Shown here: one piece after another, positions 13,649-24,947 of the stretch
Numbering within the stretch: position 1 is the stretch's first letter
Layout: the number at the start of each line of letters is the position of its first letter
Assembly: GCA_951406725.2 (NCBI GenBank)
Contig: OX597827.1
Location: 56,916,001-56,980,000, forward strand
Source: Octopus vulgaris
Lineage: Eukaryota
Reading direction: 5' to 3'
DNA: 64,000 nucleotides
Translations under genes and position numbers: made by a program
Notes under the pieces: generated by a model
What the model was told of the DNA's origin: nothing
What the model saw: the letters and a program-made list of their open reading frames with translations, nothing else
The model's database searches: none

Positions 13649-14494
13649 GTAGGTTTGAATTATTTTTCTTTATTCGAAATTATCACAGACAAGGCCCACA
13701 GGCTCTCTCTCTCGACAGAGAGTTAAGCAAAGTGAGGAATGGTACTGATACCTGAAAACTATAAAAACATGTTTACATATGATGTAAAAACAGCTCTAGT
13801 ATAATAAATATTATTAAATACATGTACTTATGTATATGCTTTGTATATTTTCCAGTAGCTGCAGTGGCATAGTGGAGTATATAGCTCTCATGTTGCCAGT
13901 GTTAAAACACCTTAGTCATGGACAGGCAAGATAACTCACTCTTAATCCCATTTAGGAGTGATGGACAGCAATGTTTTGCAATTTTTGTGGCATGTCAGCA
14001 TCACACATCTGCATACATTAATATATGTACTTAAACGATAAACGTCGCCCTTTTCAAGCCTAGCCAGGCTCATGGGCCTGGTTTCCCACTTTCTGTGGGT
14101 ATGTGTTCCCCCCAGCTGGATGGGATGCCAGTCCATCGCAGTGTTACTCAAGAAACAGGAAGAGAGAATGAGAGAAAGTTGTGGCGAAAGAGTACAACAG
14201 GGGTCAACCCCCCCCTCCTGCCGGAGCCTCGTGGAGCTTTTAGGTGTTTTTGCTCAATAAACAGACACAACGCATGGTCTGGGAATCGAAACCGTGATCC
14301 TCCGACTGCGAGTCTGCTGCCCTAACCACTGGGCCATTGCGCCTCTACAGTATATGTACTTAATAATATTTATTACACTAGAGCTGCTTTTACTTCATAT
14401 ATAATTTTTCTCTTAGGTATGCAATTTCTGGCATACCAGCTCATGATTTTACAAGCCATAAGCATATAAGTCGTTGGACTGGTTAGATGACATG

Positions 14495-14580
14495 CCTTCA
14501 ACCCAGGTGAGTGCATGATGTTGATGAGTCACAAAAATGATGAAACATCGATGTCCATCACTCCCATATGGGGTTGAGGG
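14495..14580 (+). ncRNA. Canonical-architecture type I hammerhead (core C3->U), GUC after 14555
   Basis: Stem I tgatg/catca, extended by gag/ctc and ccttcaaccc/gggttgaggg. Core TTGATGA; stem II gtca-caaaaa-tgat; GAAA; stem III palindrome catcgatg; TC. Confidence 0.72.
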
Positions 14581-14594
14581 TGAGTTATCCCACC

Positions 14595-14679
14595 TGTCAA
14601 TGACTCTAAGGTGTCAATAACTCTAAGGTGTCAATGACTCTAAGGTGTCAATAACTCTAAGGTGTCAATAACTCTAAGG
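14595..14679. repeat. 17-bp minisatellite x5 (tgtcaatRactctaagg)
   Basis: Five contiguous units, G/A variants in the order G,A,G,A,A. Confidence 0.9.
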
Positions 14680-14895
14680 AGGGAATGCAAATCCTTAATT
14701 CATATGCTACAAATGATTATGATACATGGGACTATAAAAATCTGCAAGTTTTAAAGAATGATGGTTAAAACTTGATGCTTTTTTTCATAACCTTGCTAGC
14801 AAGTAGGTGGCTGGTCAAAATTTACTCAAAATTAAAGAGAGAAAGGGAACATACAAACATACATACATTCATATATACATTCATATGTGTATTTT

Positions 14896-14959
<64 letters not shown>

Positions 14960-16195
14960 TACTATTCTTTCTTGGTTTTGTTCCTTTGAGGAATTCATTT
15001 GAGAATTTAGGTTATGCTTACAGTATGGATATGGAATAATACATCCCCTCAGAAACTCTTGAGTTTCTTTTGATGATGGGACGCTAACATGCAAGTGTTT
15101 GCATGTTAAGTATTTGGGTCCATTAAATTTGTGGTTCATTAAATTTGGACATTTCTATAGTTTCAGATTTTATATGCATACATGTGTGTGTATGTGTGTG
15201 TGTTTGGGTGGTTTTGTGTCTGTCTATGTCATTAATGCTATTTAAAGCCATTTACATCATCATCATCATCGTTTAACGTCCGCTTTCCATGCTAGCATGG
15301 GTTGGACGGTTCAACTGGGGTCTGTGAAGCTGGAAGGCTTCATCAGGCCCAGTTGAACCGTCCAACCCATGCTAGCATGGAAAACGGACGCTAAATGATG
15401 ATGATGATGATGATGATTTACATCCTGTAAGTTAGCAGTTTGACTTACAAAGATTGAGAAAAATAAGTAACAGACTTTAAAATTAATACTGGAGTAGACA
15501 CAATCTTTGAGGTGGCACTTTAGCATGGCTATAGTTATACAAATATACATTCATACATATCTATCAACCTGTCTATTTGTTTACCTATATACCTATTCTC
15601 TTTCCTTTGTTCCTTCATCCCTTTCTTCCTTCAGTTCTTCCAAGCTGTATCAATTTTAAAGATTGATGCCCATATACCAGCCCCTTAACCACTGAGCAAA
15701 ATTAGGTTTTGACTCTTCAATTAACCATTTGTCTTTCTTGTATATCATGTGATACACAGGACATATTTCCCTGGTGTCATTGCATCATATATGATACATA
15801 TATTGATACACATTCCCAATGTTTTTCAATCACCAGAATAACTTGGAACTTAGAATGTATGAAATAGGAGTTAACTAAAAATCTGAAAACAAGCATGGAT
15901 ATTTTGGACAGACTTATGAAAATACTTTGGACAGGCAATGGGCTATCTAAAGAAACAGTGCAATGCCTGTTGTAAATTTTGAAATCAAAAAGTTTAAATC
16001 TTATTGCAACATGCTGACTCTCTCAAATACATATACCTCCAAGACTTTGTTTTAACATCGCAGAATGAAGTCTTAGCTACTGTAATGATTCAGAAATCAT
16101 TTATAAAATTACTATTTTTCTTTGGTAGGTTCAATTTTACCGTTTTGTTATTTTTTTGTCATTTTAAAGCATATTATTTCTATATTCTTCCTCAG

Positions 16196-16358
16196 GACTG
16201 ACTGGCAGTCTGCTAAAAGTGTGTTAGCTGACCAAAACTTTTTGAAAACCCTCCGTAGTTATGACAAGGATCATATACCCGATCCTTTATTGAGAAAACT
16301 CAAAGTCTATATTGATAACCCAAAATTCTTTCCTGAGATTGTTGAGAATGTCTCCAAG
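16196..16358 (+). CDS. DNAH6: DNAH6-like exon 4 (MTBD)
   Basis: cag|G..AAG|gtaaat, 163 nt. Reads TDWQSAKSVLADQNFLKTLRSYDKDHIPDPLLRKLKVYIDNPKFFPEIVENVSK. Confidence 0.92.
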
Positions 16359-17100
16359 GTAAATATTCATTTTTATATTTTGGGTTTGTTCAGTTTTTGA
16401 TAACTGTCATTTGTATTCTGTTTACATTACTCTTTTCACTGTTAGTTTGTGTTGGCTGGTGTTGGTTAGATGCATATCGTTATTTGACTCCATCAAATAT
16501 CATTTAATCTGTTTCTGCCAGCTCGCCCCCTCACAAACATATTCTAACTAACTTAAACTTTCAATTTCCACAGACCCTGCCAGCTCAGAATAAATATATA
16601 ATATCTAAGAGGACTACTACAATGACACCCTAAAAGCATTCTCTCCCACTTAGCCCATATAAGCATGAAATGGATGCAACATCAATAACCTTGCTGATTC
16701 CAAACCCCATACTGCAATGCACACCACAAACTATAAGTACAAATGAACAACCATTGTAGTCTTCTGACTAAGTCCACCTTAACACCTTTACTCTTGCTAT
16801 CAAAGAAATTGACTAGATTATAAAGAGTGCAATATGTCTGCAGCTGGCTGCTGGATTATACAGCATGACCTTCAGTTAGATCAGTGGTTCTCAACTGCGA
16901 TCTATATGTTCCTTGAGGGTCCATATGTCCTTTGGGAGTCCATATGTCCCTTGGGGGTCCATATGTCCCTTGGGGATCTGTTTAAAATTTCGATCTTAAA
17001 ATTTGTGTAATAAATTGCTTATACTTCTACAGTATTAAAATATTTTGATTTTCTAAAATAATTCCTAATAATATTTAATTATAAAAATACAGTAAGAATT

Positions 17101-17135
<35 letters not shown>

Positions 17136-17394
17136 AAGCACGTGGCTCAGTGGTTAGGGTGTCAGCATCATGATCGTAAGATTGTGGTTTCGATTCCAGG
17201 ACCGGGTGACGTGTTGTGTTCTTGAGCAAAACACTTCATTTCACGTCACTCCATTCCACTCAGCTGGCAAAAATGAGTAACGCTGCGATGGACTGGCGTC
17301 CTGTCCAGGTGGGGAGCACATACGCCATAGAAATCGGGAAACCGGGCCCATGAGCCTGGCTAGGTCTTTAAAAGGGGGCATTTATTTATTTATT

Positions 17395-17425
<31 letters not shown>

Positions 17426-17539
17426 AGTACAGCAAAATTTAGATTCAGATGAATATGGTACTTAAGTTAAAGGCACCAGAATTTTGTATGGTATTATCTA
17501 TATAAATCAAATGGGGTGATTTAATTGGAAAATTCTAAA

Positions 17540-17627
17540 AGTGGCTGAAGATTGCTCGTCATTTTAAAACTGATGTAATACTTACAGTGTTCAATAAAAT
17601 GAAGTAGCATGAAACAATTGTACTACT
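17540..17627 (+). ncRNA. Penelope-type minimal-stem-III hammerhead motif, GUA after 17622
   Basis: agtgg CTGAAGA ttgct...agcat GAAA c-aatt-g TA ctact. Confidence 0.62.
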
Positions 17628-17817
17628 CTACCTTGGATATACTTGTTGCTTATTTTGATTATGTATATATATATATATATATATATATAAATATATCACA
17701 ATCAAGGAACGGCCATAATAGGCCATTCACCCACTAGAAATAACAGCCAAAAGCTTTAACCGCAAAATAACATTAATTCCGTAAACCAGGAGAAAATTGA
17801 AAAACTTTTACCCTGTA

Positions 17818-17924
17818 ATTTCTTAGACGATGCACCGTTTCATCTACCGTTTAATGGTAAACTAACCTGATTAAATTAAATCAAGCCAATCCACCATAGG
17901 CCCTTAGACTCATCAGTAAGAAAT
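17818..17924 (-). ncRNA. Type I hammerhead ribozyme on the inverted arm, cleavage between 17826 and 17825
   Basis: Exact reverse complement of 18710..18816. Confidence 0.85.
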
Positions 17925-18709
17925 AGCCAAGTCGGAACAGATATTTTTCACGAGGCATTCCTCTTGCTACCTCGGCAATATCTGACCTAAAATTTTCAAA
18001 TCGTCGCACTCGCGCCAAATTTATCGGCAGCAAATAAATATAAGCCACCGATTCCATTACGGAACTAACCAGAAAATTCATAATTAATCAATATAGGGTG
18101 GCAAAAAAAATTTTGTAGAATTCTTTTGCCACCAGCGGCCTAGTAGGAAAAAATTAAATAGTCATAAACCATTTTTACGTTCAACATCACAATCAAGGAA
18201 CGGCCATAATAGGCCATTCACCCACTAGAAATAACAGCCAAAAGCTTTAACCGCAAAATAACATTAATTCTCGTAAACCAGGAGAAAATTGAAAAACTTT
18301 TACCCTGTAATTTCTTATAAGAAATTACAGGGTAAAAGTTTTTCAATTTTCTCCTGGTTTACGGTATTAATGTTATTTTGCGGTTAAAGCTTTTGGCTGT
18401 TATTTCTAGTGGGTGAATGGCCTATTATGGCCGTTCCTTGATTGTGATGTTGAACGTAAAAATGGTTTATGACTATTTAATTTTTTCCTACTAGGCCGCT
18501 GGTGGCAAAAGAATTCTACAAAATTTTTTTTGCCACCCTATATTGATTAATTATGAATTTTCTGGTTAGTTCCGTAATGGAATCGGTGGCTTATATTTAT
18601 TTGCTGCCGATAAATTTGGCGCGAGTGCGACGATTTGAAAATTTTAGGTCAGATATTGCCGAGGTAGCAAGAGGAATGCCTCGTGAAAAATATCTGTTCC
18701 GACTTGGCT

Positions 18710-18816
18710 ATTTCTTACTGATGAGTCTAAGGGCCTATGGTGGATTGGCTTGATTTAATTTAATCAGGTTAGTTTACCATTAAACGGTAGATGAAACGGT
18801 GCATCGTCTAAGAAAT
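18710..18816 (+). ncRNA. Type I hammerhead ribozyme, predicted cleavage GUC after 18808
   Basis: Stem I atttctta/taagaaat; core CTGATGA 18718-24; stem II gtcta/tagat; GAAA 18793-96; stem III cgg-tgca-tcg; then TC. Confidence 0.88.
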
Positions 18817-19200
18817 TACAGGGTAAAAGTTTTTCAATTTTCTCCTGGTTTACGGAATTAATGTTATTTTGCGGTTAAAGCTTTTGGCTGTTATTTCTAG
18901 TGGGTGAATGGCCTATTATGGCCGTTCCTTGATTGTGATGTTGAACGTAAAAATGGTTTATGACTATTTAATTTTTTCCTACTAGGCCGCTGGTGGCAAA
19001 AGAATTCTACAAAATTTTTTTTGCCACCCTATATTGATTAATTATGAATTTTCTGGTTAGTTCCGTAATGGAATCGGTGGCTTATATTTATTTGCTGCCG
19101 ATAAATTTGGCGCGAGTGCGACGATTTGAAAATTTTAGGTCAGATATTGCCGAGGTAGCAAGAGGAATGCCTTGTGAAAAATATCTGTTCCGACTTGGCT

Positions 19201-19307
19201 ATTTCTTACTGATGAGTCTAAGGGCCTATGGTGGATTGGCTTGATTTAATTTAATCAGGTTAGTTTACCATTAAACGGTAGATGAAACGGTGCATCGTCT
19301 AAGAAAT
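19201..19307 (+). ncRNA. Type I hammerhead ribozyme (copy 2), cleavage after 19299
   Basis: Identical to 18710..18816, offset +491. Confidence 0.88.
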
Positions 19308-19691
19308 TACAGGGTAAAAGTTTTTCAATTTTCTCCTGGTTTACGGAATTAATGTTATTTTGCGGTTAAAGCTTTTGGCTGTTATTTCTAGTGGGTGAAT
19401 GGCCTATTATGGCCGTTCCTTGATTGTGATGTTGAACGTAAAAATGGTTTATGACTATTTAATTTTTTCCTACTAGGCCGCTGGTGGCAAAAGAATTCTA
19501 CAAAATTTTTTTTGCCACCCTATATTGATTAATTATGAATTTTCTGGTTAGTTCCGTAATGGAATCGGTGGCTTATATTTATTTGCTGCCGATAAATTTG
19601 GCGCGAGTGCGACGATTTGAAAATTTTAGGTCAGATATTGCCGAGGTAGCAAGAGGAATGCCTTGTGAAAAATATCTGTTCCGACTTGGCT

Positions 19692-19798
19692 ATTTCTTAC
19701 TGATGAGTCTAAGGGCCTATGGTGGATTGGCTTGATTTAATTTAATCAGGTTAGTTTACCATTAAACGGTAGATGAAACGGTGCATCGTCTAAGAAAT
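19692..19798 (+). ncRNA. Type I hammerhead ribozyme (copy 3), cleavage after 19790
   Basis: Identical to 18710..18816, offset +982. Confidence 0.88.
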
Positions 19799-20020
19799 TA
19801 CAGGGTAAAAGTTTTTCAATTTTCTCCTGGTTTACGGAATTAATGTTATTTTGCGGTTAAAGCTTTTGGCTGTTATTTCTAGTGGGTGAATGGCCTATTA
19901 TGGCCGTTCCTTGATTGTGATGTTGAACGTAAAAATGGTTTATGACTATTTAATTTTTTCCTACTAGGCCGCTGGTGGCAAAAGAATTCTACAAAATTTT
20001 TTTTGCCACCCTATATTGAT

Positions 20021-20063
<43 letters not shown>

Positions 20064-20759
20064 AATGACTTTGGAGGTCCAGCAGAGTAAAATATGGATT
20101 AAAGGGGTCCATAAGCAAGAGTTAGATGAAGACATGGTATTAGTGGGAAGAAGGATGAATGGGTCACTTCTCATTGTTTAACTTGATCAGAGTTAACTCA
20201 AAACTTAGTAATAACAACAATGTCATCATCAATTCCAGCATTTTTCACTGAGCATATAACATCTATACACAGTAATACGCCCATATTAGTCTGACTACTG
20301 TTCTCGTATGTATTAATTAATATTGTTGATTGATTATTCAATGTATATATTACTAATTAACTACCTATGACTAAAATAAAATACTGCCAGAAGGGGAAAA
20401 TGCAGATATAAATTAATTAAAATTTTCTTTAAAATTTTGCTTTAAAAACCAGAAAAGCTGCCCAACCAAAGTGTTCTATAACAATCATTATGATTTTTTA
20501 GAGAATGCAATTCTCTTGGTCAACATTATGATGAATAGAAATAGAAAATGTTAATATTAACACAGTTAATTAATTTCTAGGCTATGGAGCTGTTTACAAA
20601 TAATAATCATTTGTTTTCTTTAAAGTGTAACTAAGAAGCATTGACTCTCATTCAAATGTAAAAGACTTCATTCAGTTTTCCCCAAGCTGCCTCTGCTATA
20701 CAATACAGAAAAATGAAATAGCCATTGGCAACGAATTGTTCCTTTATGCATTACACTGC

Positions 20760-20905
<146 letters not shown>

Positions 20906-22822
20906 TAGTAGTCTTGTATATAAGTTGCTTTTTTTCTTTTTTCTTTTTGTACATGTTCTTTCAAACAAAACCAATTATGAATTATATTTAACAGTTTTAA
21001 TACATAGTTTTGTTTTGTTCTAAATTTATTGCATTTTCTGAATCTATAGGATGTTGAAAGAAAATGAAAGGAGATAGTTTTGAAAAATTGGAAACATAGC
21101 TATTAAAGCAAATAAAAAAAGCAAAAAAACAAAACAAAAACAAATAAACAAAAATATTAATTTCCAAGTGTTTATGACAGCTTCTATCTGATTGAAATAA
21201 ACATTTGCATTTATTTTTAAGTTACTAGTACTTCCGATGGAAATATATGATACATAGCAAGGAAGAGGTTTTGTTTCATACACATGATCTATTTAATGTT
21301 TATGATTTATGCTTGGTTGGGGTAGGTGCACTTGCTTCGTGAAGTTTTGCAGAATACAATGCACACTGATTTTTTGCCCCATGTAGCTACTTACCTCTGT
21401 TTAAGTAGTAGCCTGATCTCCCTGAAATTGCATATACTCTTTTACTGGTTTCAGTTATTTGACTGTAGCCATGCTGGAGCACCACCTTTTAGTCAAGCAA
21501 ATCGACCCCAGGACTTATTCTTTCTAAGCCTAGTACTTATTCTATCAGTCTCTTTTGCTGAACCGCTAAGTTACGGGGATGTAAACACACCAGCATCGGT
21601 TGTCAAGCGATGTTGCGGGGACAAACACAGACACATAAACATACACACACATACATATACATATACATATATATATACATATACATATATACGACGGGCT
21701 TCTTTCAGTTTCCGTCTAGCAAATCCACTCACAAGGCTTTGGTCAGCCCGAGGCTATAGTAGAAGACACTTGCCCAAGGTGCCACGCAGTGGGACTGAAC
21801 CCAGAACCATGTGGTTTGTAAGCAAGTTACTTACCACACAGCCACTTATGCCTATTATTATTATTAAAATATTATTATTTTTAAAATGAAAAACACCTTG
21901 GATAATACAGTCTGAGATATACAACAAAGATGAGATGGTCATAGTGGAATGGCTTTGATCATAGGTGCAGGCATGGCTGTATCATTAAGAAGTCTGCTTT
22001 CTAACCACATGATTTTAGGTTTAGCCCCACTGCATGGCCCCTTTGTCATGTGTATATTTCTCTAGCCCTGGGCAGACCAAAACCTTGTGAGTGAATCTGG
22101 TAGATAGAAACTGAAGGATTATTTATATATATACACACTTGTACACTTGTGAAGGAACATGGCTCAGTGGTTAGTGTTGGGCTCACAATCATGAGGTTTG
22201 ATCCCCAGACTGGGCTGTGTGTTGTACCCTTGAGCAAGACACTTTATTTCACATTACTCCAGTTCACTCAGCTGTAGAAATGAGTTGTGATGCCACATGT
22301 GCTGAGCTGTATTCGCCTTTGCCTTTCCCTTGGATGACATCAGTGGTGTGGAGAAGAGGAGGCTGGTATGCATGGGCGACTGCTGGTCTTTCATATAAAA
22401 CCTTGCCCAGACTTGTTCCGCGGAGGGTAACATTCTAGGAGCTATCTCATGGTCATTCATGACTGAAGGGGGTCTTTATCCTTTACTCTTTTACACACTT
22501 GCACACATTTATATGTGTGTATGTGTGTGTATAAATGCATGTGTGCATGTGTGTGCCTGTTTGTTTTGACATTGTGCAATAATTGTAAACAAGCATCTCC
22601 ATACAAGTGATGTTGTTTGTTTCCAGCCCTCCATGGAAAACATATCTGGTCATGGAGGAAATGTCATCTTGCATATAAATAGATGAGAGTAGACTATTAG
22701 AAGGGTGTAGAAAATCTGCTTCATCAAATTCCATCTGATGCATAAGAGTATAGGAAAGGGGACATTAAAAACGATAGAAGTGTTAGATATAGAAATATAG
22801 TAGTAATAATATATATATATAT

Positions 22823-22901
<79 letters not shown>

Positions 22902-22903
22902 TG

Positions 22904-23242
22904 TGACATATTTTAACTTCTAATGGTAAATTCACTGCAATTACCATAGAGAAAAGATTCTCTCTTATGGTAAAAAGGTGTAAATACACCATACATCTCT
23001 AATGCTGCCCCCTGTCAAATTTCCAGACAGTCTTAAAGCTATGGCTTTAATTAAGTCTGTCCAGAGTTGCCTCTCTTTGGTATTTCCCATTGGTAATTGC
23101 TAAAGAGCTAGAAACACATATGGGAATCCAACGGGGAGCAGCACTGGACAGATGTGGTGTTTTTGCATCTTTTTATTGTAAGTGAGAAGTTTTTCTCCAT
23201 GGTAACTGCAGTGAATTTGCCTTTAGAAGCTGAAATATGTCA
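22904..23242. mobile_element. Old foldback/MITE with ~120-bp imperfect inverted arms
   Basis: tgacatattttaacttctaatggtaaattcactgcaattacc... versus ...ggtaactgcagtgaatttgcctttagaagctgaaatatgtca. Confidence 0.7.
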
Positions 23243-24864
23243 GAAGCATATTTTAACTAACCTAAAATTTGCTTATGCCTAAACATTGCTTGGTGTTGAA
23301 AAAGCATCCAGTGTTTGGAAGGGCATCCAACTGTAAAAAAGCATCCAGGTGTTTGGAAAGGGCATCCAACTGAAAAAAACCCATCCCAAAACTGATGTTG
23401 CCTGTGCTTGTGCCACATAAAAAGCAAACTGTACACTCTGCTGGGTGGTTGATGTTAGGAAGGGCAACCCTTTGTACTTTCTTTTATTGGCTGTGACAGT
23501 ATTCTATCACAGACATCAACTGTAACTGAGAAGGTCTCTGATAAAAGGCTTTCTAACCAAGAATACCACATTTATTATTCAGACATAGTGTATCTTAGAC
23601 TACATTATTCAATGTTTCCCCAACTCTTTTTAAGGTGGTAGAATGTGATTGGAGCAAAATTTTCCTGTTATCTTTCGTAGGTTGTTTATTCTATCTAAAA
23701 TTTATTTTATGTTGTTAAATTCAATGATGTCAGGATTTCTTCTGTAAGATTTCAGTAGATAAATGTAGAATGCTTCCAGATTTGAAATGAGTAAAGAATA
23801 TGTTGTGCATTTGGTATTAGTTATTGTTGATGTTGATCTTGGTATTGGTTTGAATAAAGAAGGCAGGTTGATGGAGATCATGGCCTTTAGGATTTCTTAT
23901 AGCTCTAAGCAAAAACTTCCACTATTTAGTATCAGTCGAGGAAATCTTTCCATATTATTCCAAAATATAATTTAGGAACAGTTGCATTGTCTTTTTGATT
24001 TTCGTTTATTTATTTGTATATTTCTTTTTTTTTTCTTAGAAAAATTAATTACTATTTTCCAGCAGCTTTCATTTAATTCTAGTTTGTGATTTTTGGCTGG
24101 AAGGTGTAATATAAACTTCTATTATAGAAACATGCCTTGTTTTCACTAAGAATATATTGAGATTAATTTTACATTTTCTTCAACATTGAGAAAATTCTTT
24201 AAATCATCAAATGAGATTTATTGAAATGTTATCTTTGATTTTATAACATTTTTTTAAATACTGTGTATATTTTGTTTAATGTATTTTGTTTAAAAAACGG
24301 AGATGAAATTATGTAAGCAGTGGCTTTTAAATTTTAAAAATTCCCATAACTCTTTAGCCTTTTCAGTGAAAATTAAAAATAAAAGTGCAAAAAGGATTTA
24401 ACAATTTGTTAATGGATAAAACAATGTGCAACTGTGATTTCTTGTTTTTCTCCTGGGCACAATTACGTGTGTGCACACAGGACCTGTTTTACCTAACTGA
24501 TTACATTTTAATATATGCAAATCATTAGCTTAAAAATTATTTAAAAACATTAATGATTTTTCTAGTTATATATTTATCACTCTTTTGTAATACAACAACA
24601 CATTATGAAAATTAAATGAATGCAATCTGTGATTTTAACATCTTTTCAGTTTTTTGCTTTTCTTGTTATAAAGCAGAAAGCAAATATCTCACTTTTGGCA
24701 GTTGTATAATTTACAATTTTGATAAATCATGTCTGACTTAAGTTGAGAAGATTCGTAACTGTCGAGTCTTTGAAATACTTAGTAATATTTGCATAATGTT
24801 AACATAATTAACTATGTGTGAGTGTTACTGTATTACTTGATAAAACGTCTGTTCCAATTTTCAG

Positions 24865-24947
24865 GCTTGTAAATCATTGTGTATGTGGGTGAGAGCTATT
24901 AACTTGTATGCATACGTTTTTCGAGCAGTCCAACCCAAACAGCAACG
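24865..24947 (+). CDS. DNAH6: DNAH6-like exon 5 (MTBD end / CC2 start)
   Basis: cag|GCT..CG|gtaaga, 83 nt. Reads [28 protein letters not shown]. Confidence 0.92.

Larger units (their letters stand above)
17695..20022. mobile_element. Retrozyme-like 491-bp tandem array with head-to-head inversion (about 1.27 units on -, about 3.47 units on +)
   Basis: Period 491 (identical motifs at 18553/19044/19535). Spacer-less palindrome axis tttctta|taagaaa at 18317|18318. One hammerhead per unit; (TA)n tracts on both sides. Confidence 0.85.

Noticed and set aside
18553-18753. 66-aa ORF repeated in every unit (also 17881, 19044, 19535)
   Set aside because: Its identity simply reflects the DNA repeat. 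It has no recognisable domain and overlaps the ribozyme core. 491 is not a multiple of 3 and the frame stops, so there is no endless rolling-circle ORF. Translation is not strictly excluded.
17695-20022. CRISPR array or pure assembly fold-back artefact
   Set aside because: There are no unique spacers and the context is eukaryotic. An artefact is disfavoured because the flanks are unique, the exon order is intact and the axis sits exactly on the cleavage site, but read-level confirmation is still needed.
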